Positions 23,501 to 34,349 of a DNA stretch of 64,000 nt are shown here, piece by piece (the first letter of the stretch is position 1; each line of letters opens with the position of its first letter). The translations under genes were made by a program, and so were the position numbers. Under the pieces are notes generated by a model. That model did not search any database, was not told the origin of the DNA, and saw only the letters and a program-made list of their open reading frames with translations. Source of the DNA: Azolla caroliniana (taxonomy: Eukaryota; Plantae; Polypodiophyta); assembly GCA_043228905.1 (NCBI GenBank), contig JBHGNT010000007.1, positions 21,390,001 to 21,454,000 of the forward strand, written 5' to 3'.

Positions 23501-24616
23501 GGACTAAAGCAGGCTCCCCGGCAATGGTACCGGAAGTTCGACTCCTTCATGACAGACGAAGGGTACCACAAAACGCAGTCCGATCACTGCGTGTTTGTGA
23601 AGAAGTTCGAAGGAGGAGACTCTTTAATACTCCTTCTGTACGTGGACGACATGTTGATCGTCGGACGGGACCAGGTCAAGATACGGATGCTGAAGAAGGC
23701 TCTACACCGAACCTTCTCAATGAAGGACTTGGGTCCGGCGAGACAAATACTAGGGATGCACATCATCCGGGACCGGAAGAAGAAGCAGTTGTGGCTGTCA
23801 CAGGAGAAGTACGTGACAAAGGTGCTTCAACGGTTCAACATGTCGGAAGCAAGACCGGTCGGATCAACCCTCCCGACAAACTGCAAGTTATCCGGCAAGC
23901 AAAGTCCCAAGACAAAGGCTGAGAAGGAGGACATGATGAAAGTACCATATGCCTCTGCCGTCGGAAGCTTGATGTACGCAATGGTGTGTACAAGACCGGA
24001 CATAGGATATGCAGTCGGAGTGGTGAGCCGGTACATGAGTAACCCCGGCAAGGAGCACTGGAACGCGGTCAAATGGACACTCCGATACCTGAAGGGCACG
24101 GCAAACGTGTGCCTCCGATTCGGCTCCGGTAAGCCCGAACTCGATGGATTTACCGATTCGGATATGTCGGCTGATGCAGATACCAGCCGGTCCACATCAG
24201 GGTATGTGATGACGTATGCAGGGGGAGCTGTTTCGTGGCAGTCCAGGCTGCAGAAGACGGTTGCGCTGTCAACCACGGAGGCGGAGTACATGGCGGCTGT
24301 TGAAGCCGGCAAGGAAATAATATGGATGAAGGACTTCATTAGAGAGCTCGGTATCCGGCAGGAGGAGTACCGACTCTACTGCGACAGTCAGAGTGCCATC
24401 CACCTTGCGAAGAACGCGGCCTATCACTCCCGGACGAAGCACATCCAACGAAGATATCACTGGATCCGGGAAAGGATAGAAGACCAGGAGTTCGTGCTGA
24501 CGAAGATCCACACGGACGAGAACGGCTCAGATATGCTGACCAAAGTGCTCACACCCGACAAGCTGGAAGCATGCCGGAAGAGGATCGGATTGGAGAGACA
24601 TCCCATGCCGAAGTGA
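20543..24616 (+). CDS. gag-pol: Uninterrupted copia Gag-Pol polyprotein (1357 aa from the first ATG after the PBS)
   Basis: CFHCGKPGHFRKNC, WVVDSGASFH, LWHKRLCH..CTDC, HTDVC/ADNGGEY/NGLAER, YVDDML, FTDSD..SDMLTK; no stops. Confidence 0.97.
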   Translation: MEGGGSGPPGMMVLNAQNYADWKIKMEDLLIVRDLYEPIDRSEIPKGVLESEWKLLNRKAVATIRQYVDVSVLQHVANDTNAYEMWRKLSGLYERKNALNRTSLMRKIVNLKYRDGESMVEHVSTFMGFVNQLAAIKFPLEDAMQAIILMCTLPESWENLVVTLSTSCTEDNLSLQTVKTSILNEEARRRDKEPASDSKALLTESERGRQWNRSPQRREKSGTRSQSRGRPTCFHCGKPGHFRKNCRHYRKDNGADGTDSKKSPERNGAYRGATDRRGPDRRGQDRKGTMALAASEEEIMLITEERELNLAGEEMTWVVDSGASFHLTPEKKYFSSYTAGEHGCVRMGNEGTCRIAGIGDVWLMTSTGCKMLLKDVRHVPEVRLNLISAGRLDDEGYTGSIRNGVMKFSKGSLIVARARKINTLYLMNSRLCPEELNVAADTAGELWHKRLCHMSEKGMKRLAEDNLIPVKHVHLEKCTDCLAGKQNRASFHSRPPTRRSAPLELVHTDVCQVETKSLGGAQYFVTFIDDHSRKLWTAPLKTKDQVLSVFKELHARVERESGKELKAIRADNGGEYRGQFQEYCRSKGIRLEFTVPKTPELNGLAERMNRTIMERVRSMLAHAKLPKGFWAEAMSTATYVINRSPSVPLDGDTPQKVWTGKEVSYRHLKVFGCLAYVHVAKDRRGKLDPKTRPCIFLGYGDDEFGYRVWDPVDKKIFRSRDIIFMEDKTLADLESEKKMKSSKSIGEDQLYEEQSRPARDRLALEDPAEDGEETEPAEEDETDTGTGPDPEMDSDEEETEEPVTEAPERRYPLRERRAPRRFPEPEHVLLTDEGEPESFEEAKHEPHSRRWLSAMQEEMDSLHENHTYELVELPKGKRALRNKWVFKLKPGDAGNPPRYKARIVVKGFQQKKGVDFDEIFAPVVKMTSIRTVLSIAASMDLEVEQMDVKTAFLHGDLDEEIYMQQPEGFEKKGKEHLVCRLKKSLYGLKQAPRQWYRKFDSFMTDEGYHKTQSDHCVFVKKFEGGDSLILLLYVDDMLIVGRDQVKIRMLKKALHRTFSMKDLGPARQILGMHIIRDRKKKQLWLSQEKYVTKVLQRFNMSEARPVGSTLPTNCKLSGKQSPKTKAEKEDMMKVPYASAVGSLMYAMVCTRPDIGYAVGVVSRYMSNPGKEHWNAVKWTLRYLKGTANVCLRFGSGKPELDGFTDSDMSADADTSRSTSGYVMTYAGGAVSWQSRLQKTVALSTTEAEYMAAVEAGKEIIWMKDFIRELGIRQEEYRLYCDSQSAIHLAKNAAYHSRTKHIQRRYHWIRERIEDQEFVLTKIHTDENGSDMLTKVLTPDKLEACRKRIGLERHPMPK

Positions 24617-24626
24617 AGGGGGAGTT

Positions 24627-25321
24627 TGTTGGGATTTCGGTCCCTCCGGATGGGATGTCCGGAGATGAATGACGGCAAGCCCGGTTGCGATTACGGAACC
24701 GGATGATGAATAGTACCCGGCCTGAAGCCGGATGACGAAGACCCGGTTACGGAGCCGGATGACGAAGACCCGGTTACGGAGCCGGATGACGAAGACCCGG
24801 CTACGGAGCCGGATGATGAGTGTACCCGGAGAGAGATCCGGATGCGGGGACATATTTGTGAATATGTTTGCCAAGAGCCCTTGAGGCTATATTTGTAAAT
24901 AGCCCGAAAGTCATATGTGTATAAATATGACTTAGGGCAAACAGTTTTATGCTGCTGCTCATTTTCTGTTTTCCACTTAGAGGGAGCTAAGTGAAGAGAG
25001 AGCAGCCGTGAGAGAGAGAGAGAGAGAGAGATAGAGTGCGAGAGAGGAAGAGGTAGACGCCTCTGTGTATTTCCGCCGCCTGTGGCGAGGACAGCGAGCT
25101 CAAGGTCGTCGCCTTGCAGCTCGCCATTGTATACTTCTCTGTACAGTGTTGGTTTGGAGTCTTGTACTCCCGTGGTTTTTCCCATCTAGGGTTTTCCACG
25201 TTAATCCCTGTGTACTCGCGTTTTTGTTTCTCCGTGTGGTTCCTATTTTCTGTTCCATTGATTCGCGCTTACTCGGTTGTGGCCGAGCGGAGAAGGTGAA
25301 TAGAAGGGTCTATTCTCTACA
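24627..25321 (+). repeat. 3' LTR of I (695 bp)
   Basis: Direct repeat of 19819-20511. Confidence 0.97.
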
Positions 25322-27503
25322 GATTGACGCCACAATGTGCGAGGTGATGCACATGAAGATGACGACATACATCCAGTGCTTCATCGACATGAGCATGTAC
25401 AACAACTTCAATGAAGAGAGCAACACTCATGAACTCTAGGAGAAGATCGGCATTATGTTCTAGAACAAGAATGTCGTTAATTGGGTTCGGTATTCCGGAA
25501 GCTAGTGAGGCTCCGGTACCAAGACGACTCCAGTATGGTGGAGCACATGAATGCCTTCCAGGGGCTGATACATCAAGCAACCTCGTTGGAAGTACCTCTC
25601 GCAGATGAGGTACTCACATTGCTCCTGCTCGGTTCCCTCCTGGATAGCTGGGAGATGTTAGTTGTCACGTTGGGCAACGCTGGGCCGGAAGGAAAACAAT
25701 TGTCCCTAGCAAGGGTAAAATCAAGCTTCCTAGATGAAGAAGCTCGCCGGAAGGACAGGGAGTCCGGAACCGATCCGAAGGCCTTGGGCACGAAAGATGA
25801 CCACAACCGGGGAAGAGGCTGGTATCGGAGTCCCCAAAACTGGGACAAATCGGGGATGAGGTCGAAGTCAAGGGGGAGGCCCACATGCTTCTATTGCGGG
25901 AAGCCGGGACACTTCCAGAAGAACCGCCGACATTTCCGGAAGGAGAAAGAAATCGGCACTACCGATTTGAAGAAGAGTTTGAACTAAAACGGTTCGGACC
26001 GGAGAGGCCCGGATCGGAAGGGAACGTCGGCAATCGCGACAAGTGAAGAACTGATGCTCATTACTGAAGTGAATGAGTTAAACCTTATCGGCGATGAGAC
26101 AACATGGGTTGTCGATTCCAGAATGTCATTCCACCTGACACCGGATAAAAAATGCTTCTCATCCTACATAGCCGGTGATCATGGTTGTGTCCGTATGGGT
26201 AATGAAGGTACATGCCGAATTATTGGCATAGGAGATGTGTTGTTGACGACATCAACCGGATGCAAATTACTGTTCAAGGATGTCCGACACGTTCCGAAGG
26301 TTCGACTGAACCTGATATCCGCCGGTCGGCTAGATGATGAAGGCTACACGGGTAGCATCCGGAACGGTGTTATGAAGTTCAGCAAGGGAAGCTTGATAGT
26401 GGCTTGAGCCCGGAAGATCAACAAATTGTACTTGATGAATGCTCGGATATGCCGGGAAGAAGTGAACGTAGCATCTGACATTGCCAGTGAGTTGTGGCAC
26501 AAAAGATGTGTCACATGAGTGAGAAGGGGATGAAGAGGCTTGCCGAAGACAACCTCATTCCGGTGAAGGATGAGCAACTTGAGAAGTGCACTGATTGTTT
26601 GTCTAGCAAGCAAAACCGAACCTCCTTCCGGTCAAAACCACCGATGATACGGAATGCACCACTAGAGCTGGTGCATACTGATGTGTGTCAAGTGGACACG
26701 TAGTCACATGCCAGATCGCAGTACTTTGTGACGTTCATAGATGACCACAACCGGAAGCTATGGGTCTCACCATTGAAGACGAAGGATCAGGTGCTATCCG
26801 TCTTCAAGGAGCTCTACGCGAGAGTGGAAAGAGAAACCGGCCGGAAGCTGAAGGTGGTTCGAGAAGATAACGAAGGAGAATACCGGGGTCAGTTTGAGGA
26901 GTACTGCCGGTCGAAGGGAATCCGGCTCGAGTTTACTGTGCCGAAGACGCTGGAACTAAACGGGTTGGCCGAAAGGATGAATCAAACCATAATGTAGAGA
27001 GTCCGGAGCATGCTAGCATATGCAAAGTTACCCAAGATGTTTTGGGTTGAGGCGTTGATGATGATGACCTATGTGATAAATATATCACCCTTAGCACCCT
27101 TGGAAGGAGACTCACCTCAGAAAGTATGGACCGGTAAAGATGTATCTTACTAGCATCTGAATGTGTTCGGGTGTCTTGCATGTTTGCATGTTGCAAAGGA
27201 CAAGAGAGTAAAGCTGGATCCGAAGTCCAGGCCATTCATATTCCTTGGATATGGCGATGATGAGTTCGGTTATCGGGTGTGGGATTTGGTCGACAAGAAG
27301 GTGTTCCGGAGTTGGGACATAGTCTTCATAGAAGATAGGACCATTGCTGACTGGGAGTTGGAGAAGACGGTGATGAAATCTGTATCATTCAATGAAAACC
27401 GGCTTGAGGACACAAGGACTTACCCAGTTGAAAACCAGACGTAGCTGGTAACCGAATGACACTTGACAAACCGGCCGAATATGGACAAGAAACCGAACCG
27501 ACC

Positions 27504-27546
27504 GAAGAAGAAGAAGAAGAAGAAGAAGAAGAAGAAGAAGAAGAAG
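27504..27546 (+). repeat. (GAA)n microsatellite encoding poly-Glu in the integrase-RT linker of copia E
   Basis: About 14 GAA units. Confidence 0.95.
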
Positions 27547-28448
27547 ACACCGGAACCGGACAAGATCCTGAATTGGATTCGGATTCGAAACAAGCGGAGG
27601 AACCGACAGTCAGAAACCAAGGACAGAGATATTCTCTCCGAGAGAGAAGAACCCCCCGGAGATTTCCGGATACAGAGCATGTGTTGCTAACCAATGAGGG
27701 GGAGCCGGAAAGCTTCAAAGAAGCAAAGAGAGACACCCACAGCCGCAAGTGGTTGAGTGCCATGCGGGATGAGATGGATTCCCTGCATCAAAACCGCACA
27801 TATGAACTAATGGAGTTGCCGAAAGGGAAGAGAGCACTCTGGAACAAGTGGGTGTACAAGTTGAAATTGGGAGATCCCGGAAATCCACCCAGGTATAAGG
27901 CCCGAATCGTGGTGAAGGGCTTCCAGTAGAAGAAAGAAGTGGATTTCAATGAGTGTTATCCATTCCGTTGGAAACACCGTCGATATGCCTACAGGCTATC
28001 GGTATCAAGGGAATTGTAATGTGAAGACTTGTGCACGGAGGTGTCATTAATGGAAGAGAATGGAGAGCATACCCGGAATATAACCTAGGGCGTATACGTA
28101 GTTGAGATCGTAGGAACGACGGAACACAGATGAAAACAATAAGAGCTAATAGATATGTATTACTCCAAACAGTTATCGATGATTACAAAAACTCTGGCTC
28201 ACATCCGGTGACCTTACAAAGCTCTTATAACTATGAAAACGACCTCGCCTCTACTCTCGATATTTTCTCTCTGCCGAGGTACGCAGACCTCGGTTTATAT
28301 ATTTTTTCTTCATACAGAGCCGAGCCGTCGGCTGACTGTGAGGCTCAAAGCTTAGCGTTTTCCTAAACTCTACCTTCCTCACCTACTAACCTTACCTACT
28401 GGCTTGTTATATTTAACTAATTTATCTTTTTGTCCCATGGACAACACC

Positions 28449-28492
28449 TGGCACACCCGTGGGACAGGACTTTGTCCGTTGGACCCACGATT
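28449..28492 (-). other. tRNA-Arg 3'-half-like sequence at the PPT position of T2
   Basis: Minus strand ATCGTGGGTCCAA-cGGACaaaGTCCt-GTCCCACGGGTGTGCCA, then 2 nt, then the LTR start TGTTGTCC. Confidence 0.75.
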
Positions 28493-28615
28493 CACAAGGA
28501 TTTGGCAAAACAACACAAATTACAAAAATTGCCCGTTCCTATGAGGGCTTATAGGTTGGTTTTATTCCTCTTCCAATATGCCGAGGATATCCTCGGGGGC
28601 GTGGGGTTGGTCTAG

Positions 28616-31575
28616 CTACTCGGCAGGTGGGGTTGGTGATGGAGGTTGTGTTTCCGAGTCGGGGATGGCGGTGTCGTCGTGTCTGCCCTCCTCTGTTGGG
28701 ACAGATTCAGGCAAGGTCGTGGTTGAAGTCTGTGGCTCGGGTGGGATGTCGAGGTCTGTAGGGGCAGGTTCCTTCGGTCTAAGTGCTTTGGTGGTTGACT
28801 CGAGTCTTTGCTTGGTGGTTGTGGGAGCTTTGTTAATCCTGGTAGTGAGTCGTTCCTCCTCGTACGCTTCGGCTTCTAAGCGAAACACCATTAGATCGTC
28901 GTTGAATTCCTCTAAGATTTGCTCGATGGCCGCGGTGTGGGAAGCTATTAAGGCATGATATTCCTCCGTTAAGTCCTCGCAGAGGGTCTGGATGCTGGTG
29001 TCCTCCATCTTGTAAAACCCTCGGCCCTCCTTCCGTCGGTTCTCGGCATCCGCGCGTAGTATGTGTAGGTTCGCGGCTTGGGCTGACCACCCCTGCCAGA
29101 CATGGTCAAGCATTTCTTTGATCTTCGTGGTGAATTGTTGGCGATACTTGTTGATTAGGATCTTGATTTTAGTATCGTCCATGCCGATGCTGGAGCAGTG
29201 AACTTCCATTGCCTCCCTTGCGGCCTTGGCTTTTGCTTGGCTTTTGCGGATGAGGAGAGCTAAAGTAGCTTGATTATCCTTTGCTTTCTCGGTGATGAGC
29301 GCAATTGTCTGCTCATAGCGTGTGGTGAGCTGAGCTACAATTTCTTCCATGTCCTATCGCCAAGCATCTCGATGTTGTTCTCTAGCGGCGAGGTGCTTGG
29401 TTTGCAACTGGTGATATGCATCGGAAATTTTTGCCCTTTGCTCTTTCGAGATCCTCCATTTTTGCATATGTTCGTTGGCCATGTCTTGTAAGGCTCTTTG
29501 ATGACGTCATAATTCTTGGTTTTCCTCGAAGAACTCTTGTTCCCGTTGGCTATTCCGCTCGGCTTCTTTGGTGAAATGGTCTTTGGCCTCAGTGATAGAG
29601 ACCTGAAGGGTCATCACCTCTCGTTCTCGTTCTTCAAGCGCCATCGACCTTTCAGCAAGTAGTCGCTTGAGGTCCGCTTTGCGGCTCGTGGCTTGTTCCC
29701 GTAGCTGGCCAAGAAGGTTGTTGTGGTTCTGTTCTGCCAACTCGGCCAAAGCGATATGGGCCTTAAGCTCCTCCTGGTAGTCTCGAAGGGGAGGCCCTGT
29801 TTGGTTGCCGCTTGCTGGATTTGGGAGAGGATTCCCTGTCTGTCTGTGTAAATCGTTCCATGACGACTGGGGGTGGTGGCGTTTACGTGGAGGCTTGGCT
29901 GGTTTGGGGGTGCGGGCTGATATCTGCTTGTGACGGTGGTTCACTTGTTTGTATCGAGTCCGTCATTGTGCTGGCATTGACTATGGCTACCTTGGGGTGG
30001 GCGGTGTCGTCTTTGTGTGTGTCGGTACCTTTAGCACTCGGGCTTGGGTTCGGAAGAGTGGCTGGTGAGACAACGTCACTCGGCACAGGGAGGCTGAAGG
30101 GCGGTTGTTCGGGGTGCTGTTGCTTGAATGCCACCAGTTTCTCCTCGGCGGCTTGCCATAGCTTGGTAGCCAGTTTGGCTTGCTGATGCGCCGTTTTGAT
30201 ACGTCACGCCATGTCCTTGGCTGCTCGAGTAGTGTGGTGCAGATTGTGATATGCCTCGACTAAGGCCATGTTCAGATCTGGTAGTTCCATGAGGAGCAAA
30301 GCATTCTGTACTTGCTTCTTCTGTCCTATCTTCTGTAAGGCTCGATCCTCGTGAGGTTCGATTTCATCCATTAGAGCGCGTTGAATCATCTTTGTTTCGG
30401 CATGCTCCTTGACCATACGAGCGACGACAACTACTTGGGCGCACGCGAGGAAATCCATTAACTCATATGTTGTGCCTAGTTATAGTAGTGCACTGAACTC
30501 GTATGCCTCCGCGGGGAGATCTTTGTAACCGAGGACTTCCTCCTCTGATATCTGCGTGGTTTGTCCATGCTTGATCGTACCGACTTGGAGCCATGACTCC
30601 ATGGGTACCATGGCCGTGGAGGTTGGGTTGTCCTCTTTTGATTTCTGATGATTGTCGCCCTCGGTTTCTGTGGTTGCCTCTCGAATTATGCAGCTACTCC
30701 TGTGCGTCCGGGGTCGGTGGTGTTGGCTCCTCAGCCTGTTTCCTCTTTTGCTGCCGGATGGCCGAGGGCCATGGGCTCGGTTGCGGAGAGGTCATTGATG
30801 TCCTTGGTGGTTTCTGGCGTATGGTGACATCCTCGGGGATGGGTTCCTCGACCTCATCCCATTCAACACGGGTCGCTGTTACCGCCCGTTGTTTCTGTGT
30901 TTTTGGTGGGGGTGGTGCCGAGGCGAAAGTGGAGTTCCGTATTCCTGAGGGAGGTGGAGAAGGTGAGGGGTCTTCCCATTCTTCTTGGGTTATCGCCAAA
31001 ATCTTCTCCCTTTGTTTCCTTGGTGGTGGTGGAGAGGTCAAGATGCGACGAGGGGAAACCGGAGGGGGTGGGTAGAGGACTGTGAGGAAGTGATTGATCA
31101 CAGACAACAAACACTTACTGGTTTGGAAGGATTCGAGCGCCGCATGGACTCCTTCGCCGGTGATGATTCCCCAATCGATTTTGTTTCCCTCGTATTCACT
31201 GATAATGATCGTCGCTTTGTTTTGTGGCATACTCGTAGGGTTGGTATGGACGAATGCGTACTCCATCAGGATGCGAGCGATTTCTCCGAATGCCTTGTTG
31301 GATCCACCATAGGTGCGATTGGCCTTACTAGATATGGAATACACACCAAAGTATTCCTTCAGGGTCATGGAAGGGGGAATCTCTACTTCATGATCACCTC
31401 CTCGCTTCAGGTCCAAGGCAACGCAAATCATATTGTTGGTGACTGTGTCCGGGTGGATTCGGCGTGTTATCGCTGGGGCGTCATGGTGCGCTGGGGTGTC
31501 GATGAATCGTAAATACCCACCCAGTCCTCCTCGTTGGAGCCAAGAACAGGTTTCTTGTGAAGCTGCAAGAGGCAT
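28616..31575 (-). pseudogene. T2 extra ORF, disrupted homolog of 83-2752
   Basis: ORF pieces 30694-31575, 30204-30458, 29883-30134, 29507-29944 and 28616-29350; N- and C-terminal motifs shared with the T1 ORF. Confidence 0.8.
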
Positions 31576-31874
31576 AATGGACTCGGGGTGTTGCTATGTG
31601 GAAGATTGGGGAAGGAGGCTGAGACCAGGCCGAGACAGAGTGAGGGAAGGATATGGTTGTGGTGCGGCAGAGGGGCTACGAGGACAAGAGAGGGCTTGGG
31701 AGCAAGAGCGGTGGGAGCGATGAAAGCACTGAGAGCGAGAGGAGGCTTGAGAGTGTGGGAGCGATGGAGGCTGGGTGTGCAAGAACGCATCTGTGTGTGG
31801 GGTGTGCTTGGGGTAACTATTCTTTAACGAACGCCTAGGGTTTTGTGCATGAAGAGGAGCCTGAAGATTCTTGG

Positions 31875-34202
31875 TCATGGATGGTCTTCTAGGAGAGGTA
31901 TGATAGTGGGATGGTCTTCTAGGAAGTCATCCACCTCGTCATCGGCTAACCCATCGAGCATGTGCACCCCTTCCGCGTATAACGGCGAGGTGTTGTGGGG
32001 CGTGGTTACGCGTTCTTCGGTTATGATCCGGACCTTGGTCTTTCCTCGGTGAAACGAGATCATGTTGCGCTGGCAATGCTGTTTGATATTTGCTGTGCGC
32101 AACCATGGTCTGCCAAGTAACATTGGGTAGGCGCCCTGTGCTTCGAGTCGTAATACAACGGCCGAGATAGTGAACATGTGGCCTCCTAGAGTAAAGTCGA
32201 GGTGGCGGATTAATCCGATGGGGCGAACCGATGGTGTATCGGCCATTCGAAACCAAAAGGGGCAAGGTTCCCATTGATTCAGACCGAGTTTATGACAGGT
32301 AGCCTCGCTGATGGCATTCATGCCAAAGCCGCCGTCGATTATGCACCCGTGCAGGTCCCGTCCTTTAATCATAATTTTTATGGCTGGATTCTAAGACTCC
32401 ATGAGGGGTGGACCCGTTCCTGGCTCGGTCAGGTGCACAGGTGGCACGGTAGAATGGGTGTTGGCTGTGAGTGTAGCCAAGGTGTCCCGAAAACGCGGCA
32501 TGAGTGGTAAGAGTTTATGTAGAGGCAGGGAGATCCTGGAACTGGTAAGGGCGTCCCACAACTGGTCATCTTCTATCAACATGGATGGTGCCGAGGACTG
32601 TGGTGCTCCGATGGCCGCGTCTCCCATTTCTGTTTGCATCCACACCACATTGTTTTTGTGAGCCGTATCAATCCATTCTTTGGCTGCTTGCTGGACTTCA
32701 TCCTATACTTGCCATGGAGTGGCCTGGGCTTTACTGCGTGTTGTGACGTTTTGCACGTCGGCCATAATACTATTCACGGAAGGAGCCTTTCCACGGTCTA
32801 TTGTTGGGCATTGCGTAGTGTAGTGACCGGGTTGGTTGCACTTGAAGTAGGTAACGACGGCCGAGTTGCTGGTGCCAACCCGATCTATGTGTGTGGGGGG
32901 GTGCTGTTGATTCCTGGCCTCGTGTGTTGGTGGGTTGGTCTAGGGCGCGTTCGAGCTGCGCGGTTCATTTTGCGAGGGATCCCGACGACGGTTGTCGTTA
33001 TTCCTTCTGTTGTTGCGTGATCCTCAGTGAGAGTTGCGTCGATCATTACGGGAATTTCTCTGATCGTATCGGTCATCCCGATCATCGTCATACCGATCAT
33101 AATCGTGGTTTGCACGATACTGGTCATCGTGATAGCGATCACGACAGTTGTCCGATCTCCGTCGGTTGTCGTTTCGGTAACGGTCGTCGTCCTGACGGTA
33201 TTCGTCGTCACGGCGCCGCCTATCTGGCGATCGGGGTCATTGGTTATCCTGGTTCCGGTAGGATTGTCGCTCGTCCTGGCGAGAGTATGTATCCCTGGGC
33301 TCGATCTGGCGAACCGGGGTCGTCGTTGTGTGGTTGAGCATATTGTATTCACATGGCTCGACAATGTGAGATCGGGACTGGCAGATCGGACACTGTGGCT
33401 AGTGAGGACATTCGAGGGCTAGATGGCCCGATCCCGAGCAAACTGTGCATTGGAGGGCTTGGCAGAAGCGATTGTCCTCCTAGGGAAGGGCGCTTTGCAG
33501 TGAACTCATAGAGAAAGTCGTGCTTTGCTGTGTTCGATCGAGGGCGAGGACGCGCGCTAGGACTTGCTCGATCGTTTGGTTGGAAAAATTAGTAAGTGCG
33601 AGAGTCGTCCGTAGAGGCTCCCATAAGCTGGACAGGAATGCGTTCGGAATGTGTTGTGCAGAGACTTTGTCAGCCACTTGTCTGTAGAGATCCCAGAACC
33701 GGATTGTGAATTGTGCGACCGTCTCGTGCGGTTCTTGTCTCATGGAAACGAATTGTCAGAGTAGTTCTCGTTTGGGCACCTCGCGATGGAACAATTCTAG
33801 GAACTGCGTGCGAACATTTTGGAAGGTGACAAACTCCCCTGCGTCGAGGCGAGAATACCATCGCGCAACTGGTCCATTGAGGGATAGCTTAAACTCGGCG
33901 ATTTTTGAAGCCTCGATTTCAGCCGACGAGAGTCGCTGCGTTGAGTGGTTGGCCTGCCAGGTGGACACGAAGGCACGGATGTGCGACTCCGCGTTGGGGC
34001 CGTCGGTGTATCGTGGGTAAGGATACGAAATGGTATCGAAATCGGAATCTTCCGGTAAAACCGGAAAATGGTTAGGGTTAGGGTGGGTGACCTCTGGAGG
34101 GCTTGGTGGAGAGGTTGGTGTGGAATCAACTCGCGACTGAGTAGCAGGTGGCGAGGATTGCAACCGGTGAGCCTCCAATATTTCTGGGAAAGACTGGTCC
34201 AT
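31875..34202 (-). pseudogene. gag: T2 gag-protease (disrupted)
   Basis: Retrotransposon gag core (HIRAF..ARWY..RQEPHETVAQF); CCHC-like knuckles at about 33350-33450 and 32810-32850; protease IIDGG..LLGRPWL. Confidence 0.85.
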
Positions 34203-34336
34203 GACCGCCGAGTCGGAAGTTCCTTCGACTGACGCAGGGCGTTGGCCAGATGGCCGAGACCGCTTGGTGCGATTGGGCGCCGTAATGGCGGCTGAAGGTT
34301 GCCTTCAACGTAGTTCGCTGTGATCTCACAACTGTA

Positions 34337-34349
34337 ACCGGGCGTGCCA
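34337..34349 (-). promoter_or_regulatory. PBS (tRNA-Arg) of T2
   Basis: Minus strand TGGCACGCCCGGT, 5 nt after the 5' LTR end. Confidence 0.8.

Larger units (their letters stand above)
19819..25321 (+). mobile_element. Intact young Tnt1-like Ty1/copia element 'I'; TSD GATTG
   Basis: Near-identical LTRs 19819-20511 and 24627-25321; PBS 20515-20526; PPT at about 24615-24624; GATTG at 19814-19818 and 25322-25326. Confidence 0.98.

Noticed and set aside
28449-28466. Reading TGGCACACCCGTGGGAC as the true PBS of a plus-strand element
   Set aside because: gag, protease, the extra ORF and the LTR TATA-like motif are all on the minus strand, and a proper PBS precedes gag at 34337-34349.
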